Assembly (NCBI GenBank): GCA_029564175.1
Contig: JAKQQL010000260.1
Span: 1 to 41,732 of the forward strand
Source: Candidatus Cloacimonadota bacterium
GTDB taxonomy: Bacteria > Cloacimonadota > Cloacimonadia > Cloacimonadales > WRIO01
Direction of reading: 5' to 3'
DNA: 41,732 nt
Under the pieces are notes generated by a model. It made no database searches. It was not told where the DNA came from and was given only the letters and a program-made list of their open reading frames with translations. Shown here piece after piece: positions 9,639 through 18,448 of the stretch (its first letter is position 1; each line of letters begins with the position of its first letter). A program made the position numbers and the translations under genes.

Positions 9639-10352
9639 ATGAACAAATACAATCCCAATATTCATCACCGCAGTTCCATACGCCTGAAAGGTTACGATTA
9701 TTCGCAGGCGGGGTTGTATTTTATTACCATTTGTTGTCAGCATAGGGCGTGTTTGTTTGGTGAAATCACCTATGGGGAAATGATATTAAACGATACGGGT
9801 AAAATTGCAAATCAATGTTGGTTGGAAATCCCCAATCATTTTTCCAACACGTTATTACACGAACATATCATAATGCCCAATCACATTCACGGTATTGTGG
9901 AATTGGTAGGGGCGAAAAATTTTTCGCCCGAAATAATACAACCAATGCCCCCAATAATACCAACGCCCGAAATCGCAAATCCAATGCCCGAAAATACGTG
10001 GAATACAAATGGGGCGAAAGATTCGTGGAATACAAATGGGGCGAAAAATTCGTGGAATACAATTGGGGCGAAAGATTCGTGGAATACAATTGGGGCGAAA
10101 GATTCGTGGAATACAAATGGGGCGAAAGATTTTTCGCCCCTACGGTCACCGTCCAAAACCATTGGGTCGGTTGTGCGCGGGTTTAAAATTGGTGTTACAA
10201 AATGGATTCGCCAAAATACCGATATTTACGACATTTGGCAACGCAATTATTACGAACACATTATACGAAACGATCAATCCTATCAAACCATTTCGGATTA
10301 TATCGTAAATAATCCAAAAAAATGGAATGATGACAAATTTTATAAACTATGA
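9639..10352 (+). CDS. REP-associated tyrosine transposase (RAYT, Y1 HUH / IS200-TnpA fold) with internal repeat insert
   Basis: HHRSSIRLKGYDYSQAGLYFITIC, MPNHIHGI (HUH), WQRNYYEHIIRN and catalytic Y in DYIVNNP; start probably ATG 9639 rather than TTG 9612. Confidence 0.92.
   Translation: MNKYNPNIHHRSSIRLKGYDYSQAGLYFITICCQHRACLFGEITYGEMILNDTGKIANQCWLEIPNHFSNTLLHEHIIMPNHIHGIVELVGAKNFSPEIIQPMPPIIPTPEIANPMPENTWNTNGAKDSWNTNGAKNSWNTIGAKDSWNTIGAKDSWNTNGAKDFSPLRSPSKTIGSVVRGFKIGVTKWIRQNTDIYDIWQRNYYEHIIRNDQSYQTISDYIVNNPKKWNDDKFYKL
9997..10131 (+). repeat. 5 x 27-bp in-frame tandem repeat (SWNT[N/I]GAK[D/N]) built from REP left arms
   Basis: CGTGGAATACAA(A/T)TGGGGCGAAA(G/A)ATT x5, closed by TTTCGCCCCTAC (to 10143); a further REP GTAGGGGCGAAAAATTTTTCGCCC at 9906. 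Confidence 0.95.
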
Positions 10353-13300
10353 CTTGGGAATATTCAGAAGATAATTTAATCGAACAAACAGCGATTGATT
10401 TATTTCTCAATCAATTGGGTTGGGATACGCTATTAGCTTACAACAAAGAAAGCTTTGGTGAGGGCAGTTCGTTGGGGAGATTGAACAAAAAGGAAGTTGT
10501 TCTGAAACGAATCTTCTTTGAAAAAATCAAAGAGTTTAATCCTCACTTACCCGAGCAAGCCTATATTCAAGCATACGAAAAACTAACAGAAGAAAGCATT
10601 ACCAAGTCATTAGCTGAAATAAATTTTGAAAAACATCAATTATTAAGAAACGGTATTCCTGTTGATTTTATCAACGAGAAAGGCAAACAGGTCAAGAATA
10701 AAACGTTAAAGATTTTCGATTTTGACAATGCCGACAACAACTACTTTTTAGCAGTTCGTCAACTGTGGATTCAGGGCAAAAGCAACCGGTTACGCAGGCC
10801 CGATATTATAGGTTTTGTAAATGGGATTCCGCTACTGTTCATAGAATTAAAAGCAGCACACCGTAAATTAGAAAACGCCTACAACGATAATTTCACCGAT
10901 TACAAAGACGTAATTCCAAAACTCTTTTATTACAACGCTTTTGTAATGTTGAGTAACGGAATAGAAAGCCGCATTGGAAGCATTACTGGCAAGTATCAGC
11001 ATTTTCATGAATGGAAACGCATCACCGAAGAAGACGAAGGTATAGTTGCCTTAGATAGAGTAATTGTAGGAGTTTGCGAGAGAAAACGTTTTTTAGATTT
11101 ATTTGAAAACTTCATTTTGTTTGATAATTCATTGGGCAAAATTGTAAAACTCATTGCCCGAAATCATCAGTTTATTGGTGTAAACAAAGCCATTGAAAAC
11201 ATAAAGCATAAAGAACAACTCTACAAACTGGGCAAAATCAGTTTGGAAGAAAAACAAAAACTTGGGGTCTTTTGGCATACGCAAGGGAGTGGTAAATCAT
11301 ATTCAATGGTTTTCTTCTGCCAAAAAATCCACCACAAATTTACAGGTAGTTATACTTTTCTGATTGTTACCGACCGAAACGAATTAGATACACAGATTTA
11401 CGGCACATTCAGCGGAATTGGTGCCGTTCCGCATATAAAATCTGGTTCAAAAGATTCATTGAAAGCCAATAGTGGAAAGCATCTGAAAGAATTATTGAGT
11501 TCGGAACACCGATATTTGTTTACACTCATTCACAAATTCAACTTTGAAGAAGAAATAACCAAGCGAGATAATATCATTGTCATTTCAGACGAAGCACACA
11601 GAACACAAGGCGGAAATTTAGCAATGAATTTGCGTAATGCCTTGCCAAACGCTTCATTTATTGGTTTTACTGGAACACCACTTTTCAAAGATGATGAAAT
11701 TACCAAGCGGATTTTTGGTGATTATGTTTCCCGTTACGACTTTAAACGAAGTGTTGATGATGGTGCAACCGTTCCACTATACTACGAAAACAGAGGCGAG
11801 TATTTAGGATTGAAAAATCCTGTTATCAATGACCAGATACGAGCTGTAATAGATGCCGAAAGCGAAGATTTAGACAGCGACCAACGCAGCAGAGTCGAAC
11901 AACTTTTTGCAAGAGAATATCCGATACTTACTGCTAAAAAACGATTAAATGCTATTGCCAAAGATGCCGTTTGGCATTTCTGCAACCGTGGCTACAAAGG
12001 CAAAGGAATGTTTATTGCATTGGATAAACTTACAGCCGTGAGAATGTATGATTTAATTACGCATCATTGGAAACTGACTGTTGAGCAATTGGAAAAAGAA
12101 GTTTCCAAAGGAATATATGGCGACCAGGAATTACTGGAGAAAAGCCGAGAACTACAATGGATAAAGGAAACAGAAATTTGTGTGGTGGTTAGTTCAGAGC
12201 AAAACGAAATACAGAAGTTTCAGAAATGGGATTTAGATATTGAACCGCACAGGGAGAAAATGAACACCCAAGACCTTGAAACGAGGTTTAAAGACGAGGA
12301 CGACCCTTTCCGTTTTGTAATTGTTTGTGCAATGTGGATTACAGGTTTTGACGTGCCTACCCTTTCAACTTTGTATTTAGATAAGCCTTTAAAATCACAT
12401 ACTTTAATGCAAGCCATTGCAAGAGCCAACCGAATAAGTGAAGGAAAAAACAATGGTTTGATTGTGGATTATATTGAAACTTATACTGCTTTATTAGATG
12501 CTTTGGCAATTTATGGTTCTGGCGGTGATGAAGGGGGAAACGGTGGAGACGAAAAACCCGAACTACCAGTAAAACCAAAGGAAGAACTAATCAAGCAATT
12601 AGAAGAAGCATTAGAGGCAACCGAAACTTTTTTACAAGACGAAGTAAATTTTGATTTGCACGAGTTAATCGAAGCAGAAGGCTTACACAAATTAGCTGCA
12701 ATGGAAAAAGCCGTAAATGCAGTTTACACCAATGATGAAACCAAACGTAAATTTCAAATTTTAGCAAGAGAGGTTTTTAAGAAATATAAAGCCCTGCAAC
12801 CTGACAAAGTATTGAATCAATATGCTCCAAGAAAAAATGCAATTGATGTCATCTACTCTACAATTGAGGACAATGTAGAAAGTGCAGACATTGCAGATAT
12901 AATGAAAAAAATCCAAGCCGTTGTTGATGAATCTATAGAAAATATGGTTGCCGAACCAAGCCACAACGAAGAGAAAATTATTGACCTTAGTGGATTGAAT
13001 TTTGAATTATTAGAGCAGTACTTTTTGAAAACAAAGAATAAAAATACCCTTGTTCAGTCGCTCAAAGACAAGATAGAAAAGCAGTTAAAACGGATGGTTG
13101 AACGAAATCCTTTGACAGTTGATTATTACAAACGCTATCAGGAGATTATCGAAGAATATAACAGAGGAAAAGACGAAGTTGTGATAAAAGAGACTTTCAG
13201 AAAACTGATTGAACTTGTAAATTCCATTTCTGAAGAAGAAGCCGACACCAAACGAGAAGGTTTGACTGATGAGCAAAAAGCAATTTTTGATATTCTGAGA

Positions 13301-13579
13301 CAAGGTAAAAAACTTGAAGAAAAGGAAAAGAACGAAATAAAGAAAATCTCGATTGAGCTACTTGAAGAATTGAAAAAAGAAAAGTTGAAAGTGGATCATG
13401 TGTTTGAAAAAGCTGAAACAACAGCTGCTGTTTACCGTTTCGTTAACGACACATTGTTTCAAAAGCTTCCTTATCCAACTTATCAGACAGATGATATTGA
13501 TCTAAGGACAAATTTGGTTTTTGAACACTTGAAGCATCAATATTTCGGAGGAGGAATGAGCATTTATGGACGATATTAG
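10349..13579 (+). CDS. hsdR: Type I restriction endonuclease subunit R
   Basis: RPDIIGFVNGIPLLFIELK nuclease motif, WHTQGSGKS, DEAHR, FTGTP, TGFDVP, QAIARANR helicase motifs. Confidence 0.97.
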   Translation: MTWEYSEDNLIEQTAIDLFLNQLGWDTLLAYNKESFGEGSSLGRLNKKEVVLKRIFFEKIKEFNPHLPEQAYIQAYEKLTEESITKSLAEINFEKHQLLRNGIPVDFINEKGKQVKNKTLKIFDFDNADNNYFLAVRQLWIQGKSNRLRRPDIIGFVNGIPLLFIELKAAHRKLENAYNDNFTDYKDVIPKLFYYNAFVMLSNGIESRIGSITGKYQHFHEWKRITEEDEGIVALDRVIVGVCERKRFLDLFENFILFDNSLGKIVKLIARNHQFIGVNKAIENIKHKEQLYKLGKISLEEKQKLGVFWHTQGSGKSYSMVFFCQKIHHKFTGSYTFLIVTDRNELDTQIYGTFSGIGAVPHIKSGSKDSLKANSGKHLKELLSSEHRYLFTLIHKFNFEEEITKRDNIIVISDEAHRTQGGNLAMNLRNALPNASFIGFTGTPLFKDDEITKRIFGDYVSRYDFKRSVDDGATVPLYYENRGEYLGLKNPVINDQIRAVIDAESEDLDSDQRSRVEQLFAREYPILTAKKRLNAIAKDAVWHFCNRGYKGKGMFIALDKLTAVRMYDLITHHWKLTVEQLEKEVSKGIYGDQELLEKSRELQWIKETEICVVVSSEQNEIQKFQKWDLDIEPHREKMNTQDLETRFKDEDDPFRFVIVCAMWITGFDVPTLSTLYLDKPLKSHTLMQAIARANRISEGKNNGLIVDYIETYTALLDALAIYGSGGDEGGNGGDEKPELPVKPKEELIKQLEEALEATETFLQDEVNFDLHELIEAEGLHKLAAMEKAVNAVYTNDETKRKFQILAREVFKKYKALQPDKVLNQYAPRKNAIDVIYSTIEDNVESADIADIMKKIQAVVDESIENMVAEPSHNEEKIIDLSGLNFELLEQYFLKTKNKNTLVQSLKDKIEKQLKRMVERNPLTVDYYKRYQEIIEEYNRGKDEVVIKETFRKLIELVNSISEEEADTKREGLTDEQKAIFDILRQGKKLEEKEKNEIKKISIELLEELKKEKLKVDHVFEKAETTAAVYRFVNDTLFQKLPYPTYQTDDIDLRTNLVFEHLKHQYFGGGMSIYGRY

Positions 13580-13678
13580 CCAAAGTAAAATTGTAAGTAG
13601 ATTTGCGAAATCTCTATTAGAAACCTTCCCAAAACTCCTGAATAAAACACAAATCAGGGTTTATCTTTTTTATTTATT

Positions 13679-13869
13679 GGATGTACGGCACTACTCAAGC
13701 TCCGATTCGCATATCCCTACTGACCGTTTTTAAATTTTTCTTTAACAATCATAGACTTATGAATAAATTGTCGTATTATCATTTATCTCTGTAGAATAAG
13801 GTTAAATTCCCTTTTCTCAAACTCATAAATACTGATGTTAGCTTCTATGGCTCAAAATTGAACAGTCTC
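13679..13869. repeat. Dispersed repeat modules downstream of hsdR
   Basis: 13679-13737 is an inverted copy of ~5627-5683 (GTAGGGATGTGCGAAACGGAGCTTGCGAAGTGCCGTACATCC); 13798-13869 is a diverged direct copy of 6130-6203 ending CAGTCTC. Confidence 0.8.
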
Positions 13870-13902
13870 CAGATTATTCCCTCAACATTTTTTAAAAAAG
13901 AC

Positions 13903-13931
13903 TTGACTTCATTGTTTAAATAGTATATTCT
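13903..13931 (+). promoter_or_regulatory. Putative sigma70 promoter
   Basis: TTGACT-N17-TATTCT upstream of the kinase gene. Confidence 0.5.
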
Positions 13932-13961
13932 AATTAAAGGATTAAATGTTGTGGAGTGAAA

Positions 13962-16496
13962 ATGCCGGATATAAATCAGAAAACCATTTTACTGGTCGAA
14001 GATGAACCGATAATTGCAATGGTTCATAAACGAATCTTAATCAGTAATGGCTATCAGGTGATGATAGCCAGGACAGGCGAACAGGCAATCGAGATGGCAG
14101 ATCAGAATAATCATATAAATCTGATTCTGATGGATATCAATCTTGGCGCAGGAATAGATGGAACAGACGCTGCCAAAATAATACTGGACAGGCATGATAT
14201 ACCGCTTGTTTTTTTATCATCACATACTGAAAAAGAAGTTGTAGAAAAAACCGAAGATATTACTTCTTATGGCTATATTGTTAAAGATTCTGGCGAGACA
14301 GTTCTGCTGGCTTCTATGAAAATGGCTTTTAAGCTTTTTGATGCCAAAGTTAAAGAAAAAGAAAAAGAAAATGCGCTCAAAGAATCAGAGTCCAGATATT
14401 ATTCCCTATTTGACAATATCAGCAGTGGTGTGGCTATTTACACAGCAGTTAACAACGGAGAAGACTTCATTTTTAAAGATTTTAACAAAGCAGGGGAGAA
14501 AATTGACGGTGAATGTAAAGAGGATGTTTTAGGCCAGAGTGTTTTAAAAATCAGACCTGCTATCAAGGATTTTGGATTATTTGATGTTTTTAAAAGAGTA
14601 TGGGAATCCGGCCGTCCTGAATATTTTCCTTTAAAAGTTTACAAAGACCATCGTCTCAACAAATACTATGATAATTACGTGTATAAGCTTCCCAGCGGAG
14701 AAATCGTTGCAGTTTACAATGACCATACCGATGTAAAACGTATTGAAGAAAGTCTTTCAGAGAATGAAACACTGTTTAGTGGTTTGTTTCTCAATCATTC
14801 AGCGGTTAAATTTATCATCAATCCGGTTAATGGTGCGATAGTTGATGCCAATCTGGCTGCCGAGAAATTCTATGGCTGGTCAAGAGAACAACTTAAAAAT
14901 ATGTATATTACACAAATCAATACACTCTCCAAAGAAGAAGTGAAAGAAGCCATGCAAAAGGCTTTGAGTTTTAAAGAAAACTTCTTTAGATTTAAACATC
15001 GAAAAGCAAATGGCTCCATCAGCGATGTTGAGGTATTCAGCAGTACAATCAACATTAAAGGGGAACCTTTGCTTCATACGATTGTACATGATGTCACCCG
15101 TGGTGTACAGGCTGAAGAAGCAATGAAAAGTAATACAGACTATTTTAATATCCTGCTCGATACAATTCCGGTAGGTATCTTCTATAAAGATACAGATGGT
15201 CGTTATACCGGTCTTAATCTGGCATTTGCCAATATTCTGAATAAACCTAAACATGAAATTATCGGCAAGTCTGTGTTTGATATTGCCACTCCAAAAATGG
15301 CAAAAATCTATCATGAAAAAGATAATGAACTCCTGCAAAAACAGGGGATTCAGGTATATGAGTCCTCTATAATAAATGATAATAATGAAACAAAGGATGT
15401 GATTTTCCACAAAGCGTCTTTGATTGATACCGATAAGAAAATCATTGGATTAGTAGGAGTTGTTTTTGATATTACAGAACAAAAAAGAATAAAAAATGAA
15501 CTCTATCAAAGTGAAGAAAGATTTAGACTCCTTTCTACTGATTTACCTTCTTTTGTCTGTGAATATCTGCCTGACAGTACTTTGTTGTTTGTTAATCAGA
15601 AGTATTGTGAATACTTTGGCTACACTCCGGAAGAGCTGAATGGACAGAAATTTATGAACTTCATTCCCGAAGATGAAAGAAACGATCTTTACAATTCTTA
15701 TATGGCACTGACCCCTGAAGAGCCTGTCTTAATGTTTACGCATAAGGTTATCAAAAATAATGAAGTCCGCTGGCATGAATGGTCTGACAGAGCGATCTTT
15801 GATAATAACAGAAAAATTGTCAAATTTATTGGTGTCGGTAATGACATTACTGACAGAATCAATACTGAAAGCCAGATCATTCAATTATTGAAAGAAAAAG
15901 AACTCTTGCTTAAAGAAGTTCATCATAGGATAAAGAACAACATGAATACGATTAATTGTCTTTTGATGCTTCAGGCTTCTGATCAGACAGATCAGAAAAT
16001 TAAAAATGTACTGTCTGATTCTGCCAACAGAGTTCAGAGAATGATGATTCTTTATGATAAATTATACCAGTATGAGACCTACAACGAAATGAGTCTGAAA
16101 CTCTTTTTGCCTTTTCTCGTGAAAGAGATCGTAGAATCTTCTGACTATAATAAAAAAATAAAAACTATCATCCATATTGACGATGTCATATTAAAAAGTA
16201 AATTTTTATTGCCTGTAGGAATCATCATCAACGAACTGATTACCAATTCGATTAAGTATGCCTTCGCAAATATAGACAATCCGGAGATAGGGTTACAAGT
16301 TCATTATCTTAACCAGGTAGTAAAGATGACTTATCATGATAATGGTAAGGGACTTCCTGAAGATTTTCATCACGAAACCTCTAAAGGCTTTGGAATGCAA
16401 TTGATCAATATGCTTGTCAAACAGATCAAAGGGACCTTATCTGTTTCAAGCAATCACAGGATGCAGATTACAATTGAATTTAGAAATCCTTCATAA
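13962..16496 (+). CDS. Hybrid sensor kinase: N-terminal receiver, multiple PAS domains, HisKA_2-type kinase
   Basis: ILLVEDE...LILMDI receiver; about four PAS/PAC segments; LLKEVHHRIKNN, NELITNSIKYAF, DNGKG, GFGMQLI; GGAG RBS favours ATG 13962 over GTG 13956. Confidence 0.93.
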   Translation: MPDINQKTILLVEDEPIIAMVHKRILISNGYQVMIARTGEQAIEMADQNNHINLILMDINLGAGIDGTDAAKIILDRHDIPLVFLSSHTEKEVVEKTEDITSYGYIVKDSGETVLLASMKMAFKLFDAKVKEKEKENALKESESRYYSLFDNISSGVAIYTAVNNGEDFIFKDFNKAGEKIDGECKEDVLGQSVLKIRPAIKDFGLFDVFKRVWESGRPEYFPLKVYKDHRLNKYYDNYVYKLPSGEIVAVYNDHTDVKRIEESLSENETLFSGLFLNHSAVKFIINPVNGAIVDANLAAEKFYGWSREQLKNMYITQINTLSKEEVKEAMQKALSFKENFFRFKHRKANGSISDVEVFSSTINIKGEPLLHTIVHDVTRGVQAEEAMKSNTDYFNILLDTIPVGIFYKDTDGRYTGLNLAFANILNKPKHEIIGKSVFDIATPKMAKIYHEKDNELLQKQGIQVYESSIINDNNETKDVIFHKASLIDTDKKIIGLVGVVFDITEQKRIKNELYQSEERFRLLSTDLPSFVCEYLPDSTLLFVNQKYCEYFGYTPEELNGQKFMNFIPEDERNDLYNSYMALTPEEPVLMFTHKVIKNNEVRWHEWSDRAIFDNNRKIVKFIGVGNDITDRINTESQIIQLLKEKELLLKEVHHRIKNNMNTINCLLMLQASDQTDQKIKNVLSDSANRVQRMMILYDKLYQYETYNEMSLKLFLPFLVKEIVESSDYNKKIKTIIHIDDVILKSKFLLPVGIIINELITNSIKYAFANIDNPEIGLQVHYLNQVVKMTYHDNGKGLPEDFHHETSKGFGMQLINMLVKQIKGTLSVSSNHRMQITIEFRNPS

Positions 16497-16535
16497 AAGC
16501 CTATTCTTAATAAATAAGAACTGTAAGGATTTGCC

Positions 16536-16773
16536 GTAACTACTCAGGTACTTGTTTACACAATAAATGTGTGTCTGCAAAATGTCATTATTTGAAAAAA
16601 CCCGTACTACAAGCATCTTGCTTGTATCCTTTTCTGCAAGCTGGAAGCTTGCAGTACGTCTGCGGATTTACGGCGCTTCGCTTCGCAAATCCCTACAAGT
16701 GCTTTTCAATTTATCAATTATTGCACAGCTAATTACTGTATTTTATAATAACAATTAGTACCTGAGTCGTTAC
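16536..16773. mobile_element. MITE, 238 bp, 17-bp TIRs, 8-bp target duplication
   Basis: GTAACTACTCAGGTACT ... AGTACCTGAGTCGTTAC (16/17); GATTTGCC at 16528-16535 and 16774-16781; carries REP-like hairpins. Confidence 0.92.
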
Positions 16774-16865
16774 GATTTGCCAGACTAAATGCTGTAACTC
16801 CTTACAGTTCTTTGAAATAATGACATTTTCTCCAGTTAAGCGTTAGGACCAGTTCTGAGCAGTTA

Positions 16866-17813
16866 TTACAATTTAAAGTGCATTTTTGCTACTTTTGTTA
16901 ATTCTTGAATTCCAAACTTTGAACAGAACAGGGAAACAGCGTGTTTCACATGATTTCCTGCACCTTTTGGAAACTGGAATCCGTACATCGCAGACATTTT
17001 TTTTATATATCCGACAAAATACCAGCGAGCAATAATGGATGCAGCAGCCACGCAGAGATCACTTTCTGCTTTTGTCATGAAATGCAGATTTTTTAGCTGA
17101 TACCGGTTTCTGATTTGAGTCAGTGATGCTGGGGAGGCAAACTGATCAATAATAACACCTTCAAATACAATCTTTTTTTCGAGTGCCTGAATATTCCTGA
17201 AATGAGTGTCCGCCAGCAGATAGTTTAAATTGTTAAATTCAGCATAACGCTGATTGTAAATTTCAGGATACAAAAGCTCAACACGATACTGGCCTTCATA
17301 CTGCTCAATTAGTTGATTTGCAATACTGCCAATCTCATCTGGCAGCAGTAGTTTGCTGTCTTTCACACCTAAGTGTTTAAGCTCTTTAAACTGAATTTTG
17401 TGAGCCGCAAATGTACACACGACCAATGGACCAAAATAATCACCTTTTCCGGCTTCATCGCTACCCGCATAAATGTTTAAATCAGCAAATGGTTTTGTCT
17501 CCTCTAAAACAGGCTTTTCACTCTGATCTTTATTTGCAGGTAGCTGATTAAGCAAAGGACTCTGATTGATGCTGAAAAGGCTTTCCAGCTGTTGTTTACA
17601 GGGATTATCCGCTTTTATTCCCAGCACCAGAGAATAGCTGGAAGCTTTTTTAACTGAATAATAGCAGTTAACAGAAGCGATATGTTTCTTTAAAGCATTT
17701 TCAGGAGCCGTTTTTAACTGAACCCCGTAATTGATTGAATTTTCTTCATAAATTAAAAAACCATTTTGAAGTAGTTTTGTTTTTACATTCTCAATATATT
17801 CATTAAAAGTCAC
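16866..17813 (-). CDS. rnhC: Ribonuclease HIII
   Basis: AGSDEAGKGDYFGPLVV, GVKDSK, IIDQF, VAAASIIAR, PKGAG, VAKMHF motifs plus N-terminal extension. Confidence 0.9.
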   Translation of the reverse strand: MTFNEYIENVKTKLLQNGFLIYEENSINYGVQLKTAPENALKKHIASVNCYYSVKKASSYSLVLGIKADNPCKQQLESLFSINQSPLLNQLPANKDQSEKPVLEETKPFADLNIYAGSDEAGKGDYFGPLVVCTFAAHKIQFKELKHLGVKDSKLLLPDEIGSIANQLIEQYEGQYRVELLYPEIYNQRYAEFNNLNYLLADTHFRNIQALEKKIVFEGVIIDQFASPASLTQIRNRYQLKNLHFMTKAESDLCVAAASIIARWYFVGYIKKMSAMYGFQFPKGAGNHVKHAVSLFCSKFGIQELTKVAKMHFKL

Positions 17814-18348
17814 TCGTTAAACCCTCATCAAACTTTTTACTGACATCTACTGTACTCATCGCACTATACAAATAAACCTTGATTACGGGTGCATTTGGAT
17901 TGGATGAGCTGACCAGATGCTTTGCTTTTCCGATAGGTGCTTTCGTAGAATTAGGTAATGCTGTTTCAGACATAACATTCTGAATTTCAAAATCATAAGA
18001 ATAGTCATCAGGCACAAGTATATCGACTGAAGAAAACATCACATTGATACGAATACTGTTGTCAACAGGACTACTTTGGCTCAGGTCTATTGTTTGATTA
18101 TCAAAATATAACTGATAACTGTTTGACATTCCATCACTGAGTTGTCCCTGATGGGTGGCATTGTGATGACGGGCATTCTGATTCTGATGCTTATTCCACA
18201 TCAATTGAGAACCAATTGTAATTAAAATGACACCTAAGATAATTCTTACTATCGGGATTTTGATTTTGAACAGTCTTTCTACAATCATGCTTAAACCCCA
18301 TACAATCAGAACTGCGCCCCAGAAATATTTCGTCAGAAAAAAAGCCAT
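17803..18348 (-). CDS. Membrane protein, LiaF-like (two N-terminal TM helices, beta-rich C-domain)
   Basis: GGAGG RBS before ATG 18348 (MAFFLTKYFWGAVLIVWG); TIDLS...INVMFSSVDILVP pattern; overlaps rnhC start. Confidence 0.65.
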   Translation of the reverse strand: MAFFLTKYFWGAVLIVWGLSMIVERLFKIKIPIVRIILGVILITIGSQLMWNKHQNQNARHHNATHQGQLSDGMSNSYQLYFDNQTIDLSQSSPVDNSIRINVMFSSVDILVPDDYSYDFEIQNVMSETALPNSTKAPIGKAKHLVSSSNPNAPVIKVYLYSAMSTVDVSKKFDEGLTSDF

Positions 18349-18448
18349 AATTCCTCCCTTATCGAATTTATCGTTAAAACTAAAAAAATATATAAAAAAA
18401 GTCAATAAATAATTTGACAAATTTAGGGATTCTGTTATTATCTTCTTT

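Noticed and set aside
9815..10308. Overlapping ORFs in alternative frames of the RAYT gene
   Set aside because: By-products of the stop-free 27-bp repeat; no RBS or domain evidence.
9639..10352. IS200/IS605 element with TnpB
   Set aside because: No tnpB and no subterminal IS ends; motifs are RAYT-type and the gene is coupled to hsdR.
16567..16758. 63-aa ORF and its similar counterpart at 41152-41340
   Set aside because: The shared peptide comes from translating MITE/REP DNA; the same applies to ORFs 5403-5780, 32329-32562 and 33864-34280.
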